Of a stretch of 64,000 bases of DNA, positions 8,769 through 18,047 are shown one piece after another. The position numbers and the translations under genes were made by a program. Under the pieces are notes generated by a model, which was not told where the DNA came from, did no database searches, and was given only the letters and a program-made list of their open reading frames with translations. Source of the stretch: Rhodospirillales bacterium (lineage in GTDB: Bacteria > Pseudomonadota > Alphaproteobacteria > SP197); the NCBI GenBank assembly GCA_014323865.1, contig JACONG010000016.1:253982-317981 (forward strand), in the 5' to 3' direction. How positions within the stretch are numbered: the first letter of the stretch is position 1; every line of letters begins with the position of its first letter.

Positions 8769-10151
8769 GTGAGCCTGACCGTCTTCACCGTTATCCTGCT
8801 CGGCCTGGCGGTAACCGGTTTCTTCATGGGACGAAACCGCGCTGCGGCTCTGGCCGGCCATCAGCCGCCAGCGCTCCATTCCCGCCCGGTCTATCATGGT
8901 TGGTACGTTGCGCTCGCCTGCGGTCTTCCGGCCATCGCGCTGTGGATCGTGGCCCTCGCTGTCGGCGACCAGCTCATCGCCTCATCGGTCGTCGCATCGC
9001 TGCCCCAGAGTCTGCAGGACGAGTCCAGCCCGGTTCTGACCCGCTTCCTGGCCGATGCCCGGACGCTCGCCAGGGGCGGCACGCCGGTGATCGACATCAC
9101 GCCCGAACTTGAGGCCGCTGCCGCGCAATACGGCCACTTGCGCTCCATCGAGCAACGGGTCGGCTTCGGTGGCGCCTTCGCGCTCGGCCTCTTCGGTCTG
9201 GGCCTCGCCTACAGGAAAATCACGCCCGATCATCATGCCCGCCAGCCGGTCGAGCGCACGCTTCTGATCGTTCTGCTGATCGCCGCGGCGATCTCCATCC
9301 TGACCACCGTCGGCATCGTCTTCTCGGTGCTGTTCGAGTCGATCCGCTTCTTCGGCAAGGTGCCGCTGTTCGAGTTCCTGTTCGGCCTCCGATGGAGCCC
9401 GCAGATCGCGCTGCGCGCCGACCAGGTCGGCTCGTCGGGCGCCTTCGGTGCGGTCCCGCTCTTTGCCGGTACCTTGATGGTCAGCGTCATCGCCATGTTT
9501 GTCGCAGGTCCCATCGGGCTGCTCTCGGCGATCTATCTGGCTGACTATGCGCACCCCGGGTTCCGTGCCGCGGCCAAGCCGATGCTGGAGGTTCTCGCGG
9601 GTATCCCCACCGTGGTCTACGGCTTCTTCGCCGCCCTGACCGTGGCGCCGCTTCTGCGTGAGGCCGGTGCCGGCATCGGTCTCCCGGTGGCGTCCGAAAG
9701 CGCGCTCGCGGCCGGTGTGGTCATGGGCATCATGATTATCCCCTTCGTCTCGTCGCTGACCGACGATGCCCTCGCCGCGGTGCCGAAATCGCTGCGCGAC
9801 GCCTCGCTCGGCCTCGGCGCGACGAGGCAGGAGACGGTGACCAGGATCGTTCTTCCCGCCGCCCTGCCGGGCATCGTTGCGGGTCTGCTTCTGGCTGTGA
9901 GCCGCGCCATCGGCGAGACGATGATCGTGGTGATGGCCGCCGGCCTTGCGGCGAACCTGACTGCGAATCCGCTGGAAGCAGTCACCACCGTGACCGTTCA
10001 GATCGTCACACTTCTGGTCGGCGACCAGGAGTTCGACAGCGCCAAGACGCTGGCGGCCTTCGCGCTCGGCCTTGTGCTCTTCGTCATCACCCTCGGCCTC
10101 AACGTCATCGCACTGCGGGTCGTGCGGAAGTATCGGGAGAAGTATGACTGA
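8769..10151 (+). CDS. pstC: Phosphate ABC transporter permease
   Basis: Polytopic membrane protein with ABC permease EAA-like region; long alphaproteobacterial PstC form. GTG start 8769 (VSLTVFTVILLGLAVTGFF) in frame with track ORF 8607..10151. Confidence 0.8.
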   Translation: MSLTVFTVILLGLAVTGFFMGRNRAAALAGHQPPALHSRPVYHGWYVALACGLPAIALWIVALAVGDQLIASSVVASLPQSLQDESSPVLTRFLADARTLARGGTPVIDITPELEAAAAQYGHLRSIEQRVGFGGAFALGLFGLGLAYRKITPDHHARQPVERTLLIVLLIAAAISILTTVGIVFSVLFESIRFFGKVPLFEFLFGLRWSPQIALRADQVGSSGAFGAVPLFAGTLMVSVIAMFVAGPIGLLSAIYLADYAHPGFRAAAKPMLEVLAGIPTVVYGFFAALTVAPLLREAGAGIGLPVASESALAAGVVMGIMIIPFVSSLTDDALAAVPKSLRDASLGLGATRQETVTRIVLPAALPGIVAGLLLAVSRAIGETMIVVMAAGLAANLTANPLEAVTTVTVQIVTLLVGDQEFDSAKTLAAFALGLVLFVITLGLNVIALRVVRKYREKYD

Positions 10152-11433
10152 CATGGCCGAATCCCCGACCCGATCGCTCCATATGGGTGCGGCGGCCGAC
10201 GCCCGTCTGCGCAGGCGCTACGCCCGTGAGTTCCGCTTCAAGGTCATCGCGATCGGTGCACTCGTGCTCACGGCGCTGTTTCTGGTCGGCCTGCTGGGAA
10301 GCATCGTCTCCAGGGGCTGGTCGGGCTTCATCACCAACGAGGTCAGGCTCGACGTGCACTTCTCCGAAGAGCACGTGAGCGTCGAGGACCCGGGCAGCGG
10401 CAACGTTCGCCTGATCGTCATCGAGGCGCTCCAGAGAGTGATCCCGAATGCGACCGAGCGAAGCGACATGCGCGCTCTGCTTGGCCTCATGTCGAACGGC
10501 GCCTTCATCGAAATCCGGAACATGGTGAGGGACGATCCCTCGCTGATCGGCCAGACCGTGGAGGTCTGGGTCCCTGTCGGATCGGATATCGACATGCTGA
10601 ACAAGGGGTATGTCGATCGCGACCTGCCCGAGGATCAGCGCCGCGTGGACGACCGGACGATCGGATATGTCGACCTGCTCCGGGAAGCCGGCGACATGCG
10701 GACCGTCTTCAACCGGGATTTCTTCACCACAGGTGACTCGCGCGAGCCCGAGCTCGCCGGCATCGGCGGTGCGGTGCTGGGCTCGTTCTGGATGCTGCTG
10801 GTGACCTTCCTGGTGTCGTTTCCCACCGGCGTTGCCGCGGCGGTGTTCCTTGAAGAGTTTGCGCCCGGGAAGAAGTGGATCGACATCATCGAGGTGAACA
10901 TCAACAACCTGGCAGCGGTGCCGTCGATCGTGTTCGGTCTTCTGGGCCTCGCCGTCTTCCTCAACGTCATGCATCTGCCGCGTTCGGCACCCGTTGTCGG
11001 TGGCCTGACGCTGGCACTCATGACGCTGCCGACCATCATCATCACCACGCGCGCCGCGCTGAAGGGTGTGCCGCCCTCGATCCGCGAGGCGGCCCTCGGT
11101 ATCGGTGCTTCGCCGGTCCAGGTGGTGTCCCATCATGTCCTGCCGCTGGCCCTGCCGCGCCTTCTGACCGGCGCAATCATCGGCATGGCCCAGGCGCTGG
11201 GCGAGTCGGCACCGCTTCTGATGATCGGCATGATCGCATTCATCGTGGATCTGCCCTCAGGTCCGCTGGATGCGGCCACCGTACTCCCCGTGCAGATCTA
11301 CCTCTGGGCCGACAGCCCGGAGCGCGGATTTGTCGAAAAGACGTCGGCCGCCATCATGGTGCTGCTGGCATTCCTGGTCGTGATGAACGGCATCGCGGTC
11401 TATCTCAGGCAGAGGTTTGAAATCCGATGGTAG
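10144..11433 (+). CDS. pstA: Phosphate ABC transporter permease
   Basis: ATG 10144 overlaps pstC stop (ATGA...TGA); membrane protein with PstA-type conserved loop (…[12 protein letters not shown]…). Confidence 0.85.
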   Translation: MTDMAESPTRSLHMGAAADARLRRRYAREFRFKVIAIGALVLTALFLVGLLGSIVSRGWSGFITNEVRLDVHFSEEHVSVEDPGSGNVRLIVIEALQRVIPNATERSDMRALLGLMSNGAFIEIRNMVRDDPSLIGQTVEVWVPVGSDIDMLNKGYVDRDLPEDQRRVDDRTIGYVDLLREAGDMRTVFNRDFFTTGDSREPELAGIGGAVLGSFWMLLVTFLVSFPTGVAAAVFLEEFAPGKKWIDIIEVNINNLAAVPSIVFGLLGLAVFLNVMHLPRSAPVVGGLTLALMTLPTIIITTRAALKGVPPSIREAALGIGASPVQVVSHHVLPLALPRLLTGAIIGMAQALGESAPLLMIGMIAFIVDLPSGPLDAATVLPVQIYLWADSPERGFVEKTSAAIMVLLAFLVVMNGIAVYLRQRFEIRW

Positions 11434-12284
11434 CGACAACGCAAGCGAACCCGAACGACATCGAACGGGCTGCCGCGCACGAGGATGCGGTCACGATCGC
11501 GGTGGAAGACCTCCCGAAGATGGACCACAAGATCAAGATGCAGGCCCGCAATCTCAAGCTGTGGTACGGCGAGAAGCAGGCGCTGACCGGCATCAATCTC
11601 GATGTTCCGGTCAATCAGGTGACGGCGTTCGTCGGCCCGTCGGGTTGCGGCAAGACAACCCTCCTGAAGTGCCTGAACCGCATGAACGACACGATCGATA
11701 TCGTGCGGATCGAGGGCAGTGTCGGTCTCGAAGGTGCCGACATCTACGACAAGTCGGTCGATGTCGTGCAGCTGCGTGCCCGCGTCGGCATGGTCTTCCA
11801 GAAGCCGAACCCGTTCCCGAAGTCGATCTACGACAACGTTGCCTACGGCCCCCGCATCCACGGCCTCACGAACAACAAGGCCGATCTCGATGCCATCGTC
11901 GAACAGAGCCTGCGCCGCGCCGGTCTGTGGGACGAGGTCTCGAACCGTCTCGACGAGGTGGCGACCGGCATGTCCGGCGGTCAGCAGCAGCGTCTCTGTA
12001 TCGCACGCACCATCGCCGTCAGCCCCGAGGTCATTCTGATGGACGAACCCTGCTCGGCGCTCGATCCGATCTCGACGGCGCGCGTGGAGGAACTCATCGA
12101 CGAGCTCCGCCGGAACTACACGATCGTCATCGTCACCCATAACCTGCAGCAGGCCGCCCGTGTCTCCCAGTACACGGCGTTCTTCCATCTGGGCCGCCTG
12201 ATCGAGGTCAACGATACCGCCGAGGTCTTCCAGAGCCCTCGGCATTCCATGACCGAGGATTACATCACCGGCCGCTTCGGCTGA
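11427..12284 (+). CDS. pstB: Phosphate ABC transporter ATP-binding protein
   Basis: Walker [13 protein letters not shown] signature LSGGQQQRL, Walker B ILMDEP; overlaps pstA stop. Confidence 0.9.
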   Translation: MVATTQANPNDIERAAAHEDAVTIAVEDLPKMDHKIKMQARNLKLWYGEKQALTGINLDVPVNQVTAFVGPSGCGKTTLLKCLNRMNDTIDIVRIEGSVGLEGADIYDKSVDVVQLRARVGMVFQKPNPFPKSIYDNVAYGPRIHGLTNNKADLDAIVEQSLRRAGLWDEVSNRLDEVATGMSGGQQQRLCIARTIAVSPEVILMDEPCSALDPISTARVEELIDELRRNYTIVIVTHNLQQAARVSQYTAFFHLGRLIEVNDTAEVFQSPRHSMTEDYITGRFG

Positions 12285-12307
12285 TCCGCACCCGGAGGCT
12301 CTCCCCC

Positions 12308-13036
12308 ATGTCCACCACGCAGCACACGGTCCGCTCATACGACTCCGAGCTCGAGGAGCTCGATCGCCACATTCTGGCAATGGGCGGTCTGGTCGAAGAC
12401 CAGCTCCGCAATGCCATTCGCTCGCTCGTCGAGGGCGATCGCGACCTGGCGCGCCGCATCATCGACATCGATCCGAAGATCGATCAGCACGAGCGGGATG
12501 TCGATGAACTGGTGACGCGCATGATCGCGTTGCGCCAGCCGATGGCCGAGGACCTCCGCCGGATCAAGACGGCACTCAAGGTCGGATCGAATCTGGAGCG
12601 CATGGGCGATCTCGCGGCCAACATCGCCAAGCGCGGTCTGGTCATCAAGGACGCGGAGCACGTGCCCCAGCGCGAGGCTTTGAAGCGTCTCGGAAACGCC
12701 GTTCACGCCATGACGACCGATGTCATGGATGCCTTCCGCGATGGCGATGCCGATCTGGCCCAGCGCGTCTGGCGTCAGGACGAGTCGACCGACGAGATGT
12801 ACAACAGCATCTTCCTCGCGATTCTGGCCGACATGATTGCCGATCCCAGGCTGATCGCGCCGGGCACCCACATTCACTTTGTCGCCAAGAACATCGAGCG
12901 CGTCGGCGACCATGCCACCAACATCGCAGAGATGGTGACCTACATGATCCTGGGCTCCCTGCCGGACCGTGAGCGTCCGAAGTCCAACTCTGTGGTCGGT
13001 GTGGACCAGGAAAACGAGGAGTCGGGTGAGCCGTGA
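12308..13036 (+). CDS. phoU: Phosphate signalling complex protein PhoU
   Basis: 242 aa, two PhoU repeats (…DLARRIIDIDPKIDQHERDVDE… / …ERVGDHATNIAEMV…). Confidence 0.9.
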   Translation: MSTTQHTVRSYDSELEELDRHILAMGGLVEDQLRNAIRSLVEGDRDLARRIIDIDPKIDQHERDVDELVTRMIALRQPMAEDLRRIKTALKVGSNLERMGDLAANIAKRGLVIKDAEHVPQREALKRLGNAVHAMTTDVMDAFRDGDADLAQRVWRQDESTDEMYNSIFLAILADMIADPRLIAPGTHIHFVAKNIERVGDHATNIAEMVTYMILGSLPDRERPKSNSVVGVDQENEESGEP

Positions 13037-13728
13037 GCAGCAGTGACGCGACCGTTCTGGTTGTCGATGATGAGGCGCCGATGCTGGCGCTGGTTCGATA
13101 CAATCTCGAAAAGGCAGGTTACCGGGTTCTCGAGGCGACCGACGGGCAGGAAGCCCTGACGGTGGCGCGCGAGGAGCATCCCGACATCATGATCCTCGAC
13201 TGGATGCTGCCGTCGCTCAGCGGCATCGAGATCTGCCGCCAGATTCGCCGCGACGGCGAACTCGCCAACACGCCGATCATCATGCTGACCGCCCGTGGCG
13301 AGGAGCAGGACCGTGTGCGCGGGCTCGAGGTCGGCGCCGACGACTACATGCCCAAGCCGTTCTCGCCGGCCGAGCTGCTGGCCCGGATCCGGGCGGTCAT
13401 GCGGCGCATCCGTCCGGCGCTCGCCCGGGAGGCGCTGTCGTACGCCGGTCTCCACATGGACCTCGCCGACCACAAGGTCTCGCGCGACGGACAGCCGATC
13501 CAGCTCGGGCCGCGCGAGTTCCGGATTCTCCGCTTCCTGATGGAGAATCCGGGCCGCGTGTTCAGCCGCGAGCAGCTTCTGGACCGCGTTTGGGGCAACG
13601 ACATCTTCATTGAGCCCCGTACCGTCGATGTTCACATCGGCCGCCTGCGCAAGGCGCTCAACATCCGCGACGGCGGCGATCTGATCCGCACAGTGCGCTC
13701 GGCAGGTTACGCGCTCGACGCGGGGTGA
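13033..13728 (+). CDS. phoB: Phosphate regulon response regulator (OmpR family)
   Basis: Receiver domain (VLVVDDEAPM…ILDWMLP) plus winged-helix C-terminal domain (…TVDVHIGRLRKAL…); GTG start overlapping phoU stop. Confidence 0.9.
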   Translation: MSSSDATVLVVDDEAPMLALVRYNLEKAGYRVLEATDGQEALTVAREEHPDIMILDWMLPSLSGIEICRQIRRDGELANTPIIMLTARGEEQDRVRGLEVGADDYMPKPFSPAELLARIRAVMRRIRPALAREALSYAGLHMDLADHKVSRDGQPIQLGPREFRILRFLMENPGRVFSREQLLDRVWGNDIFIEPRTVDVHIGRLRKALNIRDGGDLIRTVRSAGYALDAG

Positions 13729-13951
13729 TTGCCATTCCCAGGGCATCGAACCCCGACCGTATCGAAGTCAACCGCGATGCCATCGAGATCGCCCTCGACG
13801 ATGAGGCTCTCGAAATGATCGACCAGGCCTTCCCACCGCCCCAGAGCAAGCAGAGGCCGGCGATCCTCTGATCCCGCCCGGTCGCCGCATTGCGTCGCGA
13901 CCGGTGGCCGTGGATGATGCGGCCACCCATCGCAACCCCCCGGACAACGCC

Positions 13952-14326
13952 ATGACGATCGACTTCACGACCTATGACGACGACAACATCTTCGCCAGGA
14001 TTCTGCGTGGTGAGTTGCCGAACACGACCGTTCACGAGGACGATCACGTGCTCGCCTTCCACGACATCGCACCGCAGGCTCCGGTCCATGTCCTGGTGAT
14101 CCCCAAGGGTCGCTACATCGCCCATGACGACTTTCATCGCGAGGCGAGTGATGCCGAGATCGTCGCCTTCTGGCGCGCGGTGGCGACGATCTGCGGCGAC
14201 CTCGATGTCGCCGGGGGCGGCCATCGCCTGATCGCCAACCGGGGGGCCGACAGCGGCCAGCTCGTGCCGCACTTCCACGTTCACATTCTGGCGGGCAGGA
14301 ATCTGGGGCCGCTGATCGCCGGCTGA
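13952..14326 (+). CDS. HIT family (histidine triad) hydrolase
   Basis: Histidine triad HFHVHIL near the C-terminus; ATG 13952 (MTIDFTTYDDDNIFARIL…). Confidence 0.8.
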   Translation: MTIDFTTYDDDNIFARILRGELPNTTVHEDDHVLAFHDIAPQAPVHVLVIPKGRYIAHDDFHREASDAEIVAFWRAVATICGDLDVAGGGHRLIANRGADSGQLVPHFHVHILAGRNLGPLIAG

Positions 14327-14328
14327 CC

Positions 14329-15250
14329 GTGAGCGTCGGGACCGGCGATGCAGGGTCAGCCCGGCGCGCCGAACTGATCGGCGTCGCCTGCGTTGTCGTG
14401 TCTGCCCTGGCATTGTCGCTCAAGGGTGTTCTCGCGAAGTTCATCTTCGCCCAAGGGGTCGATGTGCCGACCCTGCTCGCGATCCGCTACAGCCTGACAC
14501 TGCCGATGCCGGTAGTGGTCGCACTGTGGCTCAAGGGCGGGGTCAGGGCGCTGCGGATGTCATGGCGCGACGTCAGCCTCGGCATGCCGGGCGGGCTGAT
14601 CGGCTACTACCTCGCAGGCCTGCTCGATTTCACGGCGCTCGCGATGATCGACGTCACGGTCGAGCGCGTGCTGCTCTTCAGCTTTCCCGTCTTTGTCCTG
14701 CTGCTCGACAGCCTGCGCAGAAAGCGGCTGCCGCCGCGACGCCAGATCATTGCGCTGAGCCTGGCCGAGACCGGAATCGTCATGGTCATGGGTGTGACGG
14801 ACCCGTCCGCGTTCCTCGCCAATCTGGAGGGCGGTCTCTACGCCATCGCCTCGGCCTTCGCGTTCTCGATCTACTTCATGCTGAACCAGTCGCCGGGGCC
14901 GCGGCTGGGCAGTGCGCGCATGGCGCTGGCCGCCGTGCGGGCGCGACTCTCGGGATCGACGTCCACTTCGTGTTGACCACGCCGCTCGATGCCCTGGCGA
15001 CCGGCTGGCCGGTATTCTCGATGATCTTTGCGATCGCCGTGTTCTGCTCGGTGGTGCCGTTTCTGCTGGTCACCGAGGGCATCCGTCGCGTCGGCGCCGC
15101 ACGTTCGGCACTGATTTCGACCGTCGGACCGGCGGCCACGCTGGTCCTTGCCGCATGGGTTCTCGGCGAACGCATGACCTGGGCACAGCTCGGCGGCGCT
15201 GCGCTTGTCGTGATCAGTGTGATGGCGCTCGAAGGTCGCCTGCCGCGCTG
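14329..15250 (+). pseudogene. EamA/DMT-family transporter, apparently frameshifted (two halves in different frames, no in-frame stop for the second half)
   Basis: Frame 1 ORF 14329..14976 encodes the first EamA repeat plus the start of the second (…LYAIASAFAFSIYFMLNQ…), then ends. TM7-TM10 (…LGIDVHFVLTTPLDALATGWPVFSMIFAIAVF…VVISVMALEG) continue in frame 0 from about 14940, with no stop until 16310. The switch falls inside the second EamA domain. Confidence 0.45.
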
Positions 15251-15266
15251 GCGCCGGGCCGGCGAC

Positions 15267-16205
15267 CTACTCGATCACGCCGAGATTGCGCAGGTGATCG
15301 TCGAGCATCGGGTTCCGGACGCCAAGGGCATAAGCGAGCATGAAGTCCTCGTCGGCGAGCTCGTAGCGGCCCAGGGCGTCATGGGACAGGCCACGGCCGA
15401 AGTAGGCGTCGCCCGCATCCGGGCTGCGCGCGATGACATCGCTGAAGTCAGCAATAGCGAGTTCGTAGGACCCGCGCCGGTAGTGGAGAAAGCCGCGCTC
15501 GATCATCGGCCCGATCCACAGCGGCTCGATCTGAAGGGCGCGGTTGAAGTCGTCCTCCGCACCGAAGTCGTCGCCAACCTCGGCCCTGGTGCGTCCGCGC
15601 TCGAAATAGAGCACGGGGTCGGTGCCCCAGAGGCTGAGCGCGGTGTCGTAGTCGATGATCGCGCCGGTCAGGTCGCCGATCAGGCGACGGGCGTGTGCCC
15701 GGCCGATGTGGAGGTGGACCTGGGCCGGCTCCAGCGCGAGGGCACGGTCGTAGCTCGCCACGGCCTTGTGCAGCAGACCCATGGCGATCTGTGCCTCGGC
15801 CAGATTGCCATGGGCATCGACTGTGGTGGGCTGCTCCCGGATCACGGCGGCAAAATCGTTGGCCGCATCGGCCGGCCGGCCCAGCGTCATGAAGGCGACG
15901 CCCCTGTTGTAAAGCGCGTCGGCATAGGTCGGCGAGAGCGCGATGGCGCGGTTGAAATCGTCGATCGCCGCATAGGAGTCGCCCAGGATCTGATGAAGGA
16001 CGCCCCGGTTCTGAAGGATCACCGCATGCCGCTCCGGCGGCAGTTGGCCCTCCTTGACGATGCGGTCGAGGATGACCATCGAACCCTCGAAGTCGCCGGC
16101 CTCCGCGGCGATCGCGGCAGCGAGAACGTCGTCCTCGACATCGGCCGCCGCGGGCGGCACCGCGGCGAGAAGAATGAGGCAAAGAAGCGGGATCGCGCGC
16201 ATCAT
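15267..16205 (-). CDS. TPR-repeat protein with signal peptide (putative periplasmic/lipoprotein)
   Basis: Start at MMRAIPLLCLILLAAVPPAAA (ATG 16205); multiple TPR-like repeats (…YNRGVAFMTLGRPADAANDFAAVI…). The upstream part of track ORF 15267..16547 is a non-coding-looking extension. Confidence 0.7.
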   Translation of the reverse strand: MMRAIPLLCLILLAAVPPAAADVEDDVLAAAIAAEAGDFEGSMVILDRIVKEGQLPPERHAVILQNRGVLHQILGDSYAAIDDFNRAIALSPTYADALYNRGVAFMTLGRPADAANDFAAVIREQPTTVDAHGNLAEAQIAMGLLHKAVASYDRALALEPAQVHLHIGRAHARRLIGDLTGAIIDYDTALSLWGTDPVLYFERGRTRAEVGDDFGAEDDFNRALQIEPLWIGPMIERGFLHYRRGSYELAIADFSDVIARSPDAGDAYFGRGLSHDALGRYELADEDFMLAYALGVRNPMLDDHLRNLGVIE

Positions 16206-16467
16206 GTCGGTCCTGTTGTGACGGCTCTGCCCCGTCCGCGCAAGCACGGTGCCACACGGCGTGATCACAGGCGAGGATGGCGCCGGTATGGCGATCCCAA
16301 ATCGGTCTGAATTGGGTCGCTTTGGTCTGATTCTGGCCCAGAAAGGTTCGGTTCCGCATGGACAGCCGTGCGGGTCTGGTCTAAACCCTACCGTCTGCCG
16401 TAGGCACTCGCAGGGTTGGACGGTCCCATTGTCGACCAACCCGTGCTCTGAGCCGGGAGGTCCTTCC

Positions 16468-17724
16468 ATGCCGTTCGGATTGCTCAAATTCGGTTTCAAC
16501 AGGGGGCACCCGGTTCCCCGGGCGCTGCCGGGCGAGACCGACCTCAAGGACTCCTACGATATCGTCATCGTGGGCGGTGGCGGCCATGGTCTGGCCACGG
16601 CCTACTATCTGGCCAGGGACCACGGCATCACCGATGTGGCCGTGCTCGACAAGGGTTACATCGGCAGCGGCAACACGGGCCGCAACACCACGATCATCCG
16701 CTCCAACTACCTGACGCCCGAAGGCGTGCAGTTCTACGACGAGTCGATCAACCTCTACAGGGACCTCTCCAACGACTTCGACATGAACCTCATGTATTCG
16801 GAGCGTGGTCACTACACTCTGGCGCATACCGACAGTGCGGTGCGCACGATGCGCTGGCGGGCGGAGGTCAACAAACACTTCGGCATCGAGTCCGAGCTCG
16901 TTCTGCGCGACGACCTGCAGAAGATGGTGCCGCAGCTCAACTACTCCGATGACGTGCGCTATCCGATCATGGGTGCGCTCTATCATGCGCCCGGTGCCAT
17001 CGCGCGCCACGACGCGGTGGCCTGGGGTTATGCCGCGGGTGCCGCCAGGCGCGGTGTCCACATCCACCAGAAGACCGAGGTCACCGGCTTCGAGATCACG
17101 CCCGCCAACGGCGCGCCGCCGCGCGTGACCGGGGTCAGGACGACCCGGGGTACGATCGCGGCGGGCAAGGTGCTGCAGGCGGTCGCCGGCATGTCGGGCG
17201 AGGTCGCGCGCATGGCGGGCTTCAAGCTGCCGCTCAAGACCATCCCGTTGCAGGCCTGCGTGAGCCAGCCGCTCAAGCCCTTCCTCGACGCCATCGTCGT
17301 CTCGGGCAGTCTCCACGTCTATGTCAGCCAGTCCTCGCGCGGCGAACTGGTGATGGGCGGCGCGACCGATCCCTACGGCGTCTACCAGACGCGCTCGACG
17401 CTGGACTTCAAGGAGGGGCTCATGATGCACATGATGGAGCTCCTGCCCTATATCGGCGAGGTCAAGCTGCTGCGCCAGTGGGCCGGCATGACCGACATGA
17501 CGCCCGACTTCGCGCCGATCATGGGTGAGACGCCGGTCGACGACTATTACATCGACGCGGGTTGGGGAACGTGGGGCTTCAAGGCGACGCCGGTCTGTGG
17601 CAAGCGCAACGCCGAGTTGCTGGCGACCGGCCGCGTGCCCGACATCATCGCGCCCTTCGCGCTGCAGCGTTATCACGACTTCAAGCTGGTCGGCGAAAAG
17701 GGTGCCGCCAGCGTCGGCCACTAG
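16468..17724 (+). CDS. soxB: Sarcosine oxidase (heterotetrameric) beta subunit
   Basis: FAD motif IVIVGGGGHGLATAYYLA, SoxB-type sequence throughout; ATG 16468 (MPFGLLKFGFNRGHP). Confidence 0.9.
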   Translation: MPFGLLKFGFNRGHPVPRALPGETDLKDSYDIVIVGGGGHGLATAYYLARDHGITDVAVLDKGYIGSGNTGRNTTIIRSNYLTPEGVQFYDESINLYRDLSNDFDMNLMYSERGHYTLAHTDSAVRTMRWRAEVNKHFGIESELVLRDDLQKMVPQLNYSDDVRYPIMGALYHAPGAIARHDAVAWGYAAGAARRGVHIHQKTEVTGFEITPANGAPPRVTGVRTTRGTIAAGKVLQAVAGMSGEVARMAGFKLPLKTIPLQACVSQPLKPFLDAIVVSGSLHVYVSQSSRGELVMGGATDPYGVYQTRSTLDFKEGLMMHMMELLPYIGEVKLLRQWAGMTDMTPDFAPIMGETPVDDYYIDAGWGTWGFKATPVCGKRNAELLATGRVPDIIAPFALQRYHDFKLVGEKGAASVGH

Positions 17725-17736
17725 AGGAACGATCCG

Positions 17737-18042
17737 ATGAAGATCATGCCCTGTCCGCTGAACGGACCGCGCAACATCTCCGAGTTCGCCTATGGCGGCG
17801 AGGTCAGCGACCTGCCCGCGCCCGATTGCGACAACGAGACCTGGATCGACTACGTCTATCTTGAGAACAACCTGGCGGGCATCGTGCGCGAGTGGTGGTA
17901 CCACACGCCGACCGCTTTCTGGTTCATCGCCGAGCGCGACACCCGGAGCGACGAGATCCTCAAGACCTATCCGGCCTCCGACGTCTACAGGGACCGGGTT
18001 GACTTCACACCGCCCCGGGGCGCCAGCAAGGCGAAGGAGTAA
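17737..18042 (+). CDS. soxD: Sarcosine oxidase delta subunit
   Basis: 101 aa, MKIMPCPLNGPRNISEFAYGGEV… typical SoxD. Confidence 0.85.
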   Translation: MKIMPCPLNGPRNISEFAYGGEVSDLPAPDCDNETWIDYVYLENNLAGIVREWWYHTPTAFWFIAERDTRSDEILKTYPASDVYRDRVDFTPPRGASKAKE

Positions 18043-18047
18043 GAGCG

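Noticed and set aside
13730-13860. Short reading frame ending …NRDAIEIALDDEALEMIDQAFPPPQSKQRPAIL* just after phoB
   Set aside because: It resembles the C-terminal tail of aldo-keto reductases and could be a gene remnant, but it is only about 40 codons with no start and overlaps the phoB 3' end. Too weak to call.
16325-16350. Sigma-54 promoter (TGGCCC-N5-GGTTCG) upstream of soxB
   Set aside because: The GG/GC dinucleotides are not at the required -24/-12 spacing (TGGCAC-N5-TTGCW); it does not fit the consensus.
16300-16390. CRISPR array or other tandem repeats
   Set aside because: Only two to three short (7-13 bp) direct repeats with irregular spacing. There is no repeat-spacer periodicity anywhere in the window and no cas genes.
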